Position numbers and translations under genes: made by a program
Part shown: piece after piece, positions 47,566 through 54,939 of the stretch
How positions within the stretch are numbered: position 1 is the stretch's first letter
Layout: the number at the start of each line of letters is the position of its first letter
Sequence record: SRR31156797_10130
DNA length: 54,939 bases
Strand: one strand, 5' to 3'
Notes under the pieces: model-generated
The model's input: the letters and a program-made list of their open reading frames with translations, nothing else
What the model was told of the DNA's origin: nothing
Databases searched by the model: none

Positions 47566-48828
47566 TTATTCTTCAAATCCTAATTTTTTTGCATAAGCCA
47601 AGACAGCTTTTTCAAAGCAATCCATTGGTGGTGTCACTGTCCCGGCCCCAATTTGTCCCCGTCCAGCTTGTTTGTTGGCGATCCCTGTATTGATCACCGG
47701 TAAGATCCCTGTTTCCACGACTTTCCGAGCATCGATCCCTAAACAGATCCCTTTGAAGTCCCATGTAGGAACGGGAAAATTCGGATTGGTATCAATGGAG
47801 ATCTCTAACATCTCATTGCTGGTTTTCAACGCATCGTGAAATCCGCCGGAACCAACGAAGCGTGTCACAGCTGGGGCAGCAATCATCGCCATTCCCCCAA
47901 CACCAAAGGTTTCCGTAATGGCACTGTCGCCCATATCTGGAGAGGCATCTTCTTCACTGAATCCTGAGAAATACAACCCTTTTGGTGTATTGACAGGACC
48001 GGTAAACCACTCGTCCCCCATACCAGAAATACGGATACCGAATTCATGCCCGTTGCGACACATTGCTGTCACAACCGTTCCTTCTTCAATCGTCCGGGCG
48101 CCATCAAGCACCGCTTTTGAAGAAGCCATCATGATATTCAAGAAAAACTGATCCGTGTCTGCTAGAAACTGAATGACTTCTGGTTTTTCTTTTTCAAATC
48201 CTTCAAGGGTAACGATCGCTGGTGCTACTTCTTTTAAGAACGCCAACGAAGCAGCGATATTCCGTTGATGGAACTCATCCCCCATGGCGATTGCTTTTGC
48301 GACTAAGACATTGATGTTCAAGCCATCGGGTTTTGTTTGTAGTGCAGCACTTAAAACTGGTGCTAACGTATTTTTCATCCAATGCAAGCGATCAATGACT
48401 TCTTGAGAATAGGCGCCAAAACGTAAAACTGCCCCAATCCCTTCGTTCATCGTACAGTACGCTCGGTTGCCGTCTGTTTTGTTTTCCACCACGAGAACCG
48501 GCATATTGGCAGAGGTGATGCCCCCCATTGGGCCAACCGCTTGCACGTGGTGACAAGGAATCAGTTGAACTTCCCCAGATGCTAATAAATGACGTACCTC
48601 TTCTTCCGTTTCGCCCCAGCCTTCAAAAAGTCCCGCTCCAACACAAGCGCCTTGAATCGGATCGATCATCTGGTCGTAGCGGATCGGTGGTCCTGCGTGC
48701 AATAGGACTTTTCCTTCACCTAATTCTGGAATGACACTGACTGCTGGAACGACATCCAACAAAAAAGGCGAACCGGCAACGATCTTGGCAATAACGGCTT
48801 GGTTTGCTTCTTCAATAGTTTCGTACAC
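47566..48828 (-). CDS. ylbE: YlbE / DUF1116 (AllG-like oxamate carbamoyltransferase subunit)
   Basis: LHAGPP, GAVLRFGAY, MGDEFHQRN and DMGDSAITE motifs; GTG start. Confidence 0.9.
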   Translation of the reverse strand: MYETIEEANQAVIAKIVAGSPFLLDVVPAVSVIPELGEGKVLLHAGPPIRYDQMIDPIQGACVGAGLFEGWGETEEEVRHLLASGEVQLIPCHHVQAVGPMGGITSANMPVLVVENKTDGNRAYCTMNEGIGAVLRFGAYSQEVIDRLHWMKNTLAPVLSAALQTKPDGLNINVLVAKAIAMGDEFHQRNIAASLAFLKEVAPAIVTLEGFEKEKPEVIQFLADTDQFFLNIMMASSKAVLDGARTIEEGTVVTAMCRNGHEFGIRISGMGDEWFTGPVNTPKGLYFSGFSEEDASPDMGDSAITETFGVGGMAMIAAPAVTRFVGSGGFHDALKTSNEMLEISIDTNPNFPVPTWDFKGICLGIDARKVVETGILPVINTGIANKQAGRGQIGAGTVTPPMDCFEKAVLAYAKKLGFEE

Positions 48829-48840
48829 GATAACTTCCTC

Positions 48841-50595
48841 CTACTCTGATAGTGACACTTGTGCTAAGAAACGTAAGGCTTTTTGTAACGTTACGTTCCC
48901 ACCAGCAATTGGCTGCCAGTCATATTGAACGACTTGACCGTGATGCGTCTGGATCGCTTCTGCAAAGCTACGCAATCCTACATTGATGAACGCGTCATTC
49001 GACAACAATTCGCGGCTCTTTTCAGATGGCTCTGGCAACCCATCGGCAGTTGTCACTGCTTTTGGCAACAGCTTACGACTAATTGGGGAAAAGGGATGGC
49101 CGAGCATTGCTAAAGCTTTTTTGACTGCTTGGGCATTGCTTTGACACAAAATCACGCCAGCTGCGGTTAAAATCTCTGCTTGCTCGTTGCTATCTTGGGG
49201 GTCTAAATCAGTTCCAACGATCGTAGCGATCACCGCTAACTCCCGACCAGCTGCTTGTGCTTCTTCCTTCAATGATTTGATGGTCGGTGCCAATTCACTC
49301 GCCATATCTTGATGAGAGCCGTACCCTAAAACGATATCTAACAAAATCACTGCCGTTTCAGGATCTTCCCCCGCTTGTTTCAACAGTTCGATCCGCTTTG
49401 TTGGGTCGATCATCGGATGGGGCTTGCCTTGAGTATAAATGTCATCACCTAAATCGATGATCTCATGGCCAGCTGCTTTTAAGATGTACCCTTCCTGATG
49501 GGTATCTTCTTGTTCCAGATTTAATCCTGCTTTAACAAGCATCGCTGCTTCGTACGCCAATGTTCCGCCAGAATAGTAAGCTTTGATTTTTTGTTGTTCA
49601 GGTCCAAAAGTGGCAGCTGCTGTTTCCTCTTTCACTGGCTCTAGTCCAATCTGTTCTTGGCGTAGCAGCTGCACGGCTAATTGAGCCGCTTCTTCCAGCG
49701 TGTAGGCTCGGTAAAGATTTTCTTCGTGGTCCGTTGGCTCTTCCCCAAGAAAAATCGTGACTGCAGGTTTTGTTCCTCTTCTTAAAAGTGCCAACACTTC
49801 ATCTCGGACACGTGGTGCAGGTGGTTTGGAGATCACCACGATCACCTCCGTATCAGGATCGTGTTCCAAGGCAAGAATGCTATCTTTCATGGTGATCCCA
49901 CCGACGGCTTCTTTGAGATCTCGTCCACCGGTTCCGATGGCTTGTGTTACACCGGCACCCAATTTATGAATAATAGTGGTGACTTCTTGGATACCAGTAC
50001 CCGAAGCGCCGACAACACCGATTTTCCCTTTACGGACGGCATTGGTGAAGGCTACTGGTATCCCATTGAGAATCCCTGTGCCACAATCTGGTCCCATTAA
50101 AAGAAGTCCTTTTTCATGCGCCAGTTTCTTTAGCCGAACTTCCTCTTCCAATGAAACGTTATCACTGAAACAAAATACATGTTTGCCCGCTGCTAATGCG
50201 GTTTCAATTTCTGGTGCTGCCATAGTACCGGGAATCGATAAGACAGCGACCTTCGCATCTTTTCCAAGATCTAAGGCTTTTTCCCAAGTTTTGACGCTTT
50301 GGGTTTCCTCTCCTGCGCTATTGCTTTGGTCCGATAAGAAGGCATCGATTTCTGACAGGACTGTTTCGATGATTTCTTCCTCTTCGATGTCTAAAACGAG
50401 CACCATATCGTTGGATGTCGCATTGCTCATCTCCTCGGTATAAAGACCACCCGTCTTGAAAATGTCCTTATTGGCAGGTGTGCCCATCATGACCGAAGCG
50501 TTGTTGATCCCTTCGATCGTCAGTAGACGATTGGTCAAAAGCATTAAAACAATGGAATCTTGGTAATTGTTTTTTTGAATAATAGTGTGTAACAT
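48841..50595 (-). CDS. fdrA: FdrA (AllF-like, acyl-CoA synthetase fold)
   Basis: YQDSIVLM, MGPDCGT, GASGTGIQE and GKPHPMIDP motifs; start ATG 50595. Confidence 0.92.
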   Translation of the reverse strand: MLHTIIQKNNYQDSIVLMLLTNRLLTIEGINNASVMMGTPANKDIFKTGGLYTEEMSNATSNDMVLVLDIEEEEIIETVLSEIDAFLSDQSNSAGEETQSVKTWEKALDLGKDAKVAVLSIPGTMAAPEIETALAAGKHVFCFSDNVSLEEEVRLKKLAHEKGLLLMGPDCGTGILNGIPVAFTNAVRKGKIGVVGASGTGIQEVTTIIHKLGAGVTQAIGTGGRDLKEAVGGITMKDSILALEHDPDTEVIVVISKPPAPRVRDEVLALLRRGTKPAVTIFLGEEPTDHEENLYRAYTLEEAAQLAVQLLRQEQIGLEPVKEETAAATFGPEQQKIKAYYSGGTLAYEAAMLVKAGLNLEQEDTHQEGYILKAAGHEIIDLGDDIYTQGKPHPMIDPTKRIELLKQAGEDPETAVILLDIVLGYGSHQDMASELAPTIKSLKEEAQAAGRELAVIATIVGTDLDPQDSNEQAEILTAAGVILCQSNAQAVKKALAMLGHPFSPISRKLLPKAVTTADGLPEPSEKSRELLSNDAFINVGLRSFAEAIQTHHGQVVQYDWQPIAGGNVTLQKALRFLAQVSLSE

Positions 50596-50603
50596 GGGTC
50601 TCC

Positions 50604-51680
50604 TCACTCTCCTGTTCCTGTCTGTGCAAAGGCATCTGACCCAGAATACTGGTCAAAATGAACCGTGTCGCTAATGAGATAGCGATAAATGTTCTTCTCG
50701 ATGGGAATGCCTTCTGCCATATATTTTTCATAGGTTAGTTGATTGATCTCGCCTGGATAATAGACTTGCTGGAACTGTTCAGCAGCCGGTATGTCATGCA
50801 GTTCGGCAACCATCGTCTCCACCGACTCTTTAAATGTGTCTAAATCTGTAAAGCGTTGCGGATCGATCAGCAAAATAAATTGCCCTAAGTCGCGACCTTT
50901 CGTCAGATCGTTGTACATAGAGGAAACATGCTTGCCAAAAGGCAGCCCAAGGAGCATTCCTGATAAGATATCCACCATCATCATCAACCCAAAGCCTTTT
51001 GGCCCTGAGATCGGCAGTAAGCCGTGGACATGATGTGGATTCGTCGTTGGCTTGCCATGAGCATCCACGGCCCATGTCGCAGGAATCTCTTTATTTTTGG
51101 AGCGAGCGTCTAATATTTTGCCCCACGCTTGGACCGTCGTTGCCATGTCAAAGACCACCGGTGCCCCCTGTTTTCTTGGTGCGGCAAATGCGATTGGATT
51201 GGTACCAAAATAATTTTCTTTGCCGCCAAAAGGAACCACCATTGAATCTGATTGGCACATAGATAATGCAATCAAGTCAGCTTCTGCAGCTTTTTTGACA
51301 TAATAGGATAGCGCCCCACTATGACTCGTTTTCCGTACACCAACCGCCGCGATCCCAGAACGTTTGGCCATCTCAATGGCATGCTTTGTCGCTTCTAATA
51401 CAACGACCTGCCCTGCGCCATTTTGACCGTGAACGATCCCGCTGCTAGGCCCAGTCTCTTCAAACGTGATCTGTGGAGTGCGATTCATTCCACCTTTAGC
51501 GATCCGCTCTGCGTAATAGTCTACCCGTACAGCCCCATGAGAGTGGATCCCGCTGGCATCGGCAAAGACCAAATGCTCTGCAACGATGGCTGCGTGCGCT
51601 TCAGACAAACCAGCAGCCGCTAATTTTTTTTGGATCAATTGCTGTAACTCTTGTGACTGTACAATAACCGTCTCTTCCAT
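50604..51680 (-). CDS. allD: Ureidoglycolate dehydrogenase, copy 2
   Basis: GIHSHGAVR, SHSGALSY, FGTNPIAF and DMATTVQAWGK motifs. Confidence 0.92.
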   Translation of the reverse strand: MEETVIVQSQELQQLIQKKLAAAGLSEAHAAIVAEHLVFADASGIHSHGAVRVDYYAERIAKGGMNRTPQITFEETGPSSGIVHGQNGAGQVVVLEATKHAIEMAKRSGIAAVGVRKTSHSGALSYYVKKAAEADLIALSMCQSDSMVVPFGGKENYFGTNPIAFAAPRKQGAPVVFDMATTVQAWGKILDARSKNKEIPATWAVDAHGKPTTNPHHVHGLLPISGPKGFGLMMMVDILSGMLLGLPFGKHVSSMYNDLTKGRDLGQFILLIDPQRFTDLDTFKESVETMVAELHDIPAAEQFQQVYYPGEINQLTYEKYMAEGIPIEKNIYRYLISDTVHFDQYSGSDAFAQTGTGE

Positions 51681-51693
51681 TTTCTAAACTCCT

Positions 51694-52479
51694 TTAAATT
51701 TCCGGATCGCGGTTGCAATCTTTGGAATAAATATAGGTCAATGGTTCATCACGACCGACACCATAGGCCGCTTGCTGTACATAGGCACTCATGAAAATAT
51801 AGTCGCCTTTTTCCACTGGGAACCACTCATTGTCTAAGTTATACATCCCTTTACCTGACAGTAAGTACGCCCCGTGTTCTTGGTAGTGGGTCTCAATGTA
51901 GCCATGACTTGCCCCTGGTTCAAAGGAAAGGATATGGATATTCATGTCAAAACCCAACTCTTTCGGTAAGAAATCCCAAAGCAGGACGTCTTCCATCCCT
52001 TCGTATTGGATCGGTATCAACTCTGAAAGATTCCCCACTACTTTGTAGGCTTGGTGATTTTCTAACGGTTGGTAACGCTTCTTATATAAGAACACTTCTG
52101 TCGCTTCTTCTTGGAGATTTTTCATATACAGTTTTTCTCCAGCAGGCAGATAGATATAGCCTCCGTCCGTCAATGTATGGGTTTCTTTACCATCACTCAC
52201 TTCCAGTTTGCCCGAGATGACATACAAGAAACTCTCGATCTCTGGTCCGCCGAAGCCCAATTGGTTGGCGCCATCTTTTTTGAATGAAATGATGTAATCG
52301 ACAAAAGACGCCCCTAATTTTGGTGTGCCGAGTATCGAACATTCACAGTTTTCGAATCCTGGAATGACATTATTCACTAACCCGTCATGCGGCAAGATCG
52401 CAAAATTATTTTTTCTAATGACTGCACGTGATTGCAGCAATCCATCTAAATAGCCCGTATTATTATTTTTGTATCCCAT
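51694..52479 (-). CDS. allE: (S)-ureidoglycine aminohydrolase (bicupin)
   Basis: [25 protein letters not shown] and [10 protein letters not shown] motifs. Confidence 0.95.
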   Translation of the reverse strand: MGYKNNNTGYLDGLLQSRAVIRKNNFAILPHDGLVNNVIPGFENCECSILGTPKLGASFVDYIISFKKDGANQLGFGGPEIESFLYVISGKLEVSDGKETHTLTDGGYIYLPAGEKLYMKNLQEEATEVFLYKKRYQPLENHQAYKVVGNLSELIPIQYEGMEDVLLWDFLPKELGFDMNIHILSFEPGASHGYIETHYQEHGAYLLSGKGMYNLDNEWFPVEKGDYIFMSAYVQQAAYGVGRDEPLTYIYSKDCNRDPEI

Positions 52480-52494
52480 GTGTGTCCCTGCTTT

Positions 52495-53724
52495 CTATTC
52501 TTTGTATGCTAGCTCGTAAAGGGAAGCTGCTAAAACTTCTACCCCAGCTGTTAAATCTTCGATAGTTGTTGCTTCGGCTGGGTTGTGGCTAATCCCATCA
52601 ATACTTGGTACAAACAGCATCGCCGTTGGAAAATGTGGTGCAATGATTTGGGAATCATGACCCGCCCCACTATGCATCACTTTGTAGCGTTTGCCGGTTT
52701 GCTTCACCGCTTGTTCCACCGTGGCAACGATCGTATCGTCCATCGGCACTGGGCGTTCATCCATCCATAGGTCCATCTCCACTGTCAGGTCGTGCTCTTT
52801 GGCGATCGCTTGAATGATCTGTTCTGCTTCAGCAGTAAAGGCATCCAATAGCTGCCCATCAGTATGGCGACAATCCATCGTAAACAACACTTCACCAGGA
52901 ACCACGTTGACCGTATTCGGCTTTGGCTCAACTTTACCGAATGTCACAACTAATGGATCCCCAAGATCTAAGCCACGGTCGATCACTGCGGCACACATTT
53001 TGGCAAAACCATACACAGCATCTTGACGATAGCCCATCGGTGTGGTGCCTGCATGATTGGCTTGTCCTTTTAAGACAAAGGTGTAGCGCTTTTGACCAGC
53101 GATACTATTGACGACACCGATCTGCAAGTTTTCTTTTTCTAAAACACTGCCTTGTTCGATATGGATTTCCACGAAGGCTTTGATGTCTGATCGAACCGGT
53201 TCTTGTGGGTCGCGAAAGTCAAAGCCTTGGCGTTGCATCTCTGCCACGAAGCTATTGCCTTCAAAATCTGCGATCGCTTCAACATCGGCTTTTTTGGCCT
53301 CTCCGACAAAGTTTTTACTTCCCCAAAAAACGGTTGGAAAACGACTGCCTTCTTCTTCTGCCATTGAGATGACTTCCAAGGAGCGTAAAGGTTGCCCATA
53401 GGTCTCTTTTAAATACTTGATCGCTAAAGCAGCAGCAACGACCCCGTATTGACCGTCTAATGTGCCCCCGTTGACGACGGTATCGATATGTGACCCTGAA
53501 AGAATCGTTTCTTCTGGATACTGGCTGCCTTCCATTCTGCCGAAGAGATTGCCGACTGCATCATAGGACGTCGTTAAGCCAGTTTTTTTTAATTGTTTTT
53601 CTACAAATGATTGCGCTTCTTTCCATGAATCGGTATAAAGCAGTCTAGTCATTCCTCCAGTTGGATCATTCCCAATCTGAGATAATGCATCGATCATTGC
53701 CGCTACTTCTTTTTTCAACTCCAT
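52495..53724 (-). CDS. allC: Allantoate amidohydrolase (M20 family)
   Basis: GSHIDTV, DGQYG, EEEGSRF, EIHIEQG, NHAGTTPM and SGAGHD motifs. Confidence 0.93.
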   Translation of the reverse strand: MELKKEVAAMIDALSQIGNDPTGGMTRLLYTDSWKEAQSFVEKQLKKTGLTTSYDAVGNLFGRMEGSQYPEETILSGSHIDTVVNGGTLDGQYGVVAAALAIKYLKETYGQPLRSLEVISMAEEEGSRFPTVFWGSKNFVGEAKKADVEAIADFEGNSFVAEMQRQGFDFRDPQEPVRSDIKAFVEIHIEQGSVLEKENLQIGVVNSIAGQKRYTFVLKGQANHAGTTPMGYRQDAVYGFAKMCAAVIDRGLDLGDPLVVTFGKVEPKPNTVNVVPGEVLFTMDCRHTDGQLLDAFTAEAEQIIQAIAKEHDLTVEMDLWMDERPVPMDDTIVATVEQAVKQTGKRYKVMHSGAGHDSQIIAPHFPTAMLFVPSIDGISHNPAEATTIEDLTAGVEVLAASLYELAYKE

Positions 53725-53754
53725 TGTTCTGCCTCCTTTGATTTATACGGTTAT

Positions 53755-53798
53755 TGTAAGCGTGTTACTGAAGGACATCATTGTTCACTTTCGACAAA
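53755..53798. promoter_or_regulatory. cre-like site and PucR-type motif upstream of allC
   Basis: TGTAAGCGTGTTAC (53755, imperfect); TTGTTCACTTTCGACAAA (53781). Confidence 0.45.
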
Positions 53799-53893
53799 AC
53801 CGTTTCTATTTTTAGTCATAACGCTGTTTTCTAAACCGCTTCCTTCTCCTATACTCTTCCTTATACTATCGAAGAAGAGAAAGGAAGAAAACA

Positions 53894-54766
53894 ATGGTTT
53901 ATCCTAAAAATGCCTTTGCGCAAACAGAAAAAATCCAATTTGACACCTACGGCATTTTGCCGTTAGAAGTGACGATCCTAAAAGCAGCGCAGCCTCGGAT
54001 CAGCCTTTTGTATTTTCATGGTGGTGGCTTCCTCTATGGTCAGCGGGAAGACCTTCCGCAGGATTATGTCCACCAATTGCTGGCTGCCGGTGTTAGCCTT
54101 TATCTCTTTGATTATCCACTGGCTCCCGAAGTAGCGCTGAACGACATTTACCTTCATACAAAAAAGGCAGTGGAATGGTTTTTGACAGAGGGCTGGCACT
54201 TCAGCGGCGTTGGTGCAAATGAGTACATTCTATTCGGTCGCTCCGCCGGCGGTTTTTTAGCGACCTTACTGACCGCACGCACAAAGCATCCGGAGCAAAA
54301 AGGCTTGATCCGATTTTACGGATACCAAGAGTTGTTTTATAAAGAATTTTTGCAGCCGGCACGCTTTTACACGCAATTTCCGAAAGTCCCGCCACTCGAC
54401 GCCGAAGCTATGATCGAAAGCCAACCAATCACCCACGGCACGTTAGAAAAACGATTCCCTTTGTACCTTTCCGCCCGTCAATATGGCAACTGGCAGCGTT
54501 ATTTAGGCAATCGGGAACAGCTGGCAGCCTTGGCGATTCCTGCTGCCGCTTACAAAGACTTTCCTCCTTGCTTTGTCGTTCATTGCAAAAAAGATCCAGA
54601 CGTTCCCTTCAGCGCCTCCGAAGCTTTCGCAGCACAAGTCCCCCGTGCCAAAACACTTTGGCTCGATTTAGATCAGCATGACTTTGATCGGACACCAAAT
54701 GCGATCGCTGATGAGTGCTATCGAGAGATGATTTCATGGCTCCTTTTAACAATAGAGAAAAATTAA
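53894..54766 (+). CDS. Alpha/beta hydrolase (HSL-like), copy 2
   Basis: FHGGG, DYPLAP, GRSAGG, DPDVP and HDF motifs. Confidence 0.9.
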   Translation: MVYPKNAFAQTEKIQFDTYGILPLEVTILKAAQPRISLLYFHGGGFLYGQREDLPQDYVHQLLAAGVSLYLFDYPLAPEVALNDIYLHTKKAVEWFLTEGWHFSGVGANEYILFGRSAGGFLATLLTARTKHPEQKGLIRFYGYQELFYKEFLQPARFYTQFPKVPPLDAEAMIESQPITHGTLEKRFPLYLSARQYGNWQRYLGNREQLAALAIPAAAYKDFPPCFVVHCKKDPDVPFSASEAFAAQVPRAKTLWLDLDQHDFDRTPNAIADECYREMISWLLLTIEKN

Positions 54767-54797
54767 GCGCAGATTTGGCCATGCTTCTTTAGTAAAC

Positions 54798-54849
54798 AAA
54801 AACAGGCGATCTTCAAAGGAATGTTCCCTCTAAAGATCGCCTGTTTTTT
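54798..54849. terminator. Bidirectional terminator
   Basis: AAAAACAGGCGATCTT/AAGATCGCCTGTTTTT. Confidence 0.85.
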
Positions 54850-54851
54850 GA

Positions 54852-54938
54852 TTATAGTGAGTTGAAGGTATTCACGACATTCTCAACACTGAAGCCGAAT
54901 TCCGCTAAGACTTTGTCGCCAGGTGCTGATGCACCGAA
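54852..54938 (-). CDS. tkt: Transketolase, C-terminal fragment (runs off the window)
   Basis: FGASAPGDKVLAEFGFSVENVVNTFNSL* matches the transketolase C-terminus. Confidence 0.88.
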   Translation of the reverse strand, partial: FGASAPGDKVLAEFGFSVENVVNTFNSL

Positions 54939-54939
54939 G

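Noticed and set aside
44053-50443. Many antisense ORFs over the ureide genes (e.g. 49976-50443) and the upstream pucR2 start at 44053
   Set aside because: They are shadow frames of well-supported genes; the SD supports ATG 44095.

Overview
Chromosomal window from a lactic acid bacterium. Gene content and protein families point to Enterococcus, probably the casseliflavus/gallinarum group (inference). The left part holds a solo tRNA-Leu(CAG), two Met T-box-controlled substrate-binding lipoproteins (OppA-like, MetQ-like), a DIP1984-family gene followed by a roughly 150-nt highly structured putative RNA, redox genes, an orphan potD-amidohydrolase pair, a BglG/RAT beta-glucoside PTS operon, an unannotated 48-aa ORF, SRAP, a CpsY/MtaR-like LysR, a leader-peptide-attenuated heterodimeric multidrug ABC exporter, an OppA/peptidase-C26 pair and an SSB paralog. 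The right part (25.9-54.8 kb) holds two paralogous ureide/oxamate catabolism clusters. Each has allD, fdrA, ylbE, ylbF, carbamate kinase, MFS, DAACS, PucR and an alpha/beta hydrolase. They are separated by a cation/H+ antiporter and an msr(C)-like ABC-F gene whose leader peptide has an altered stalling motif. The window ends in the 3' end of tkt. The best candidate for an undescribed system is the DIP1984 protein plus its downstream structured RNA. All family calls come from motif recognition by eye; no database searches were run.
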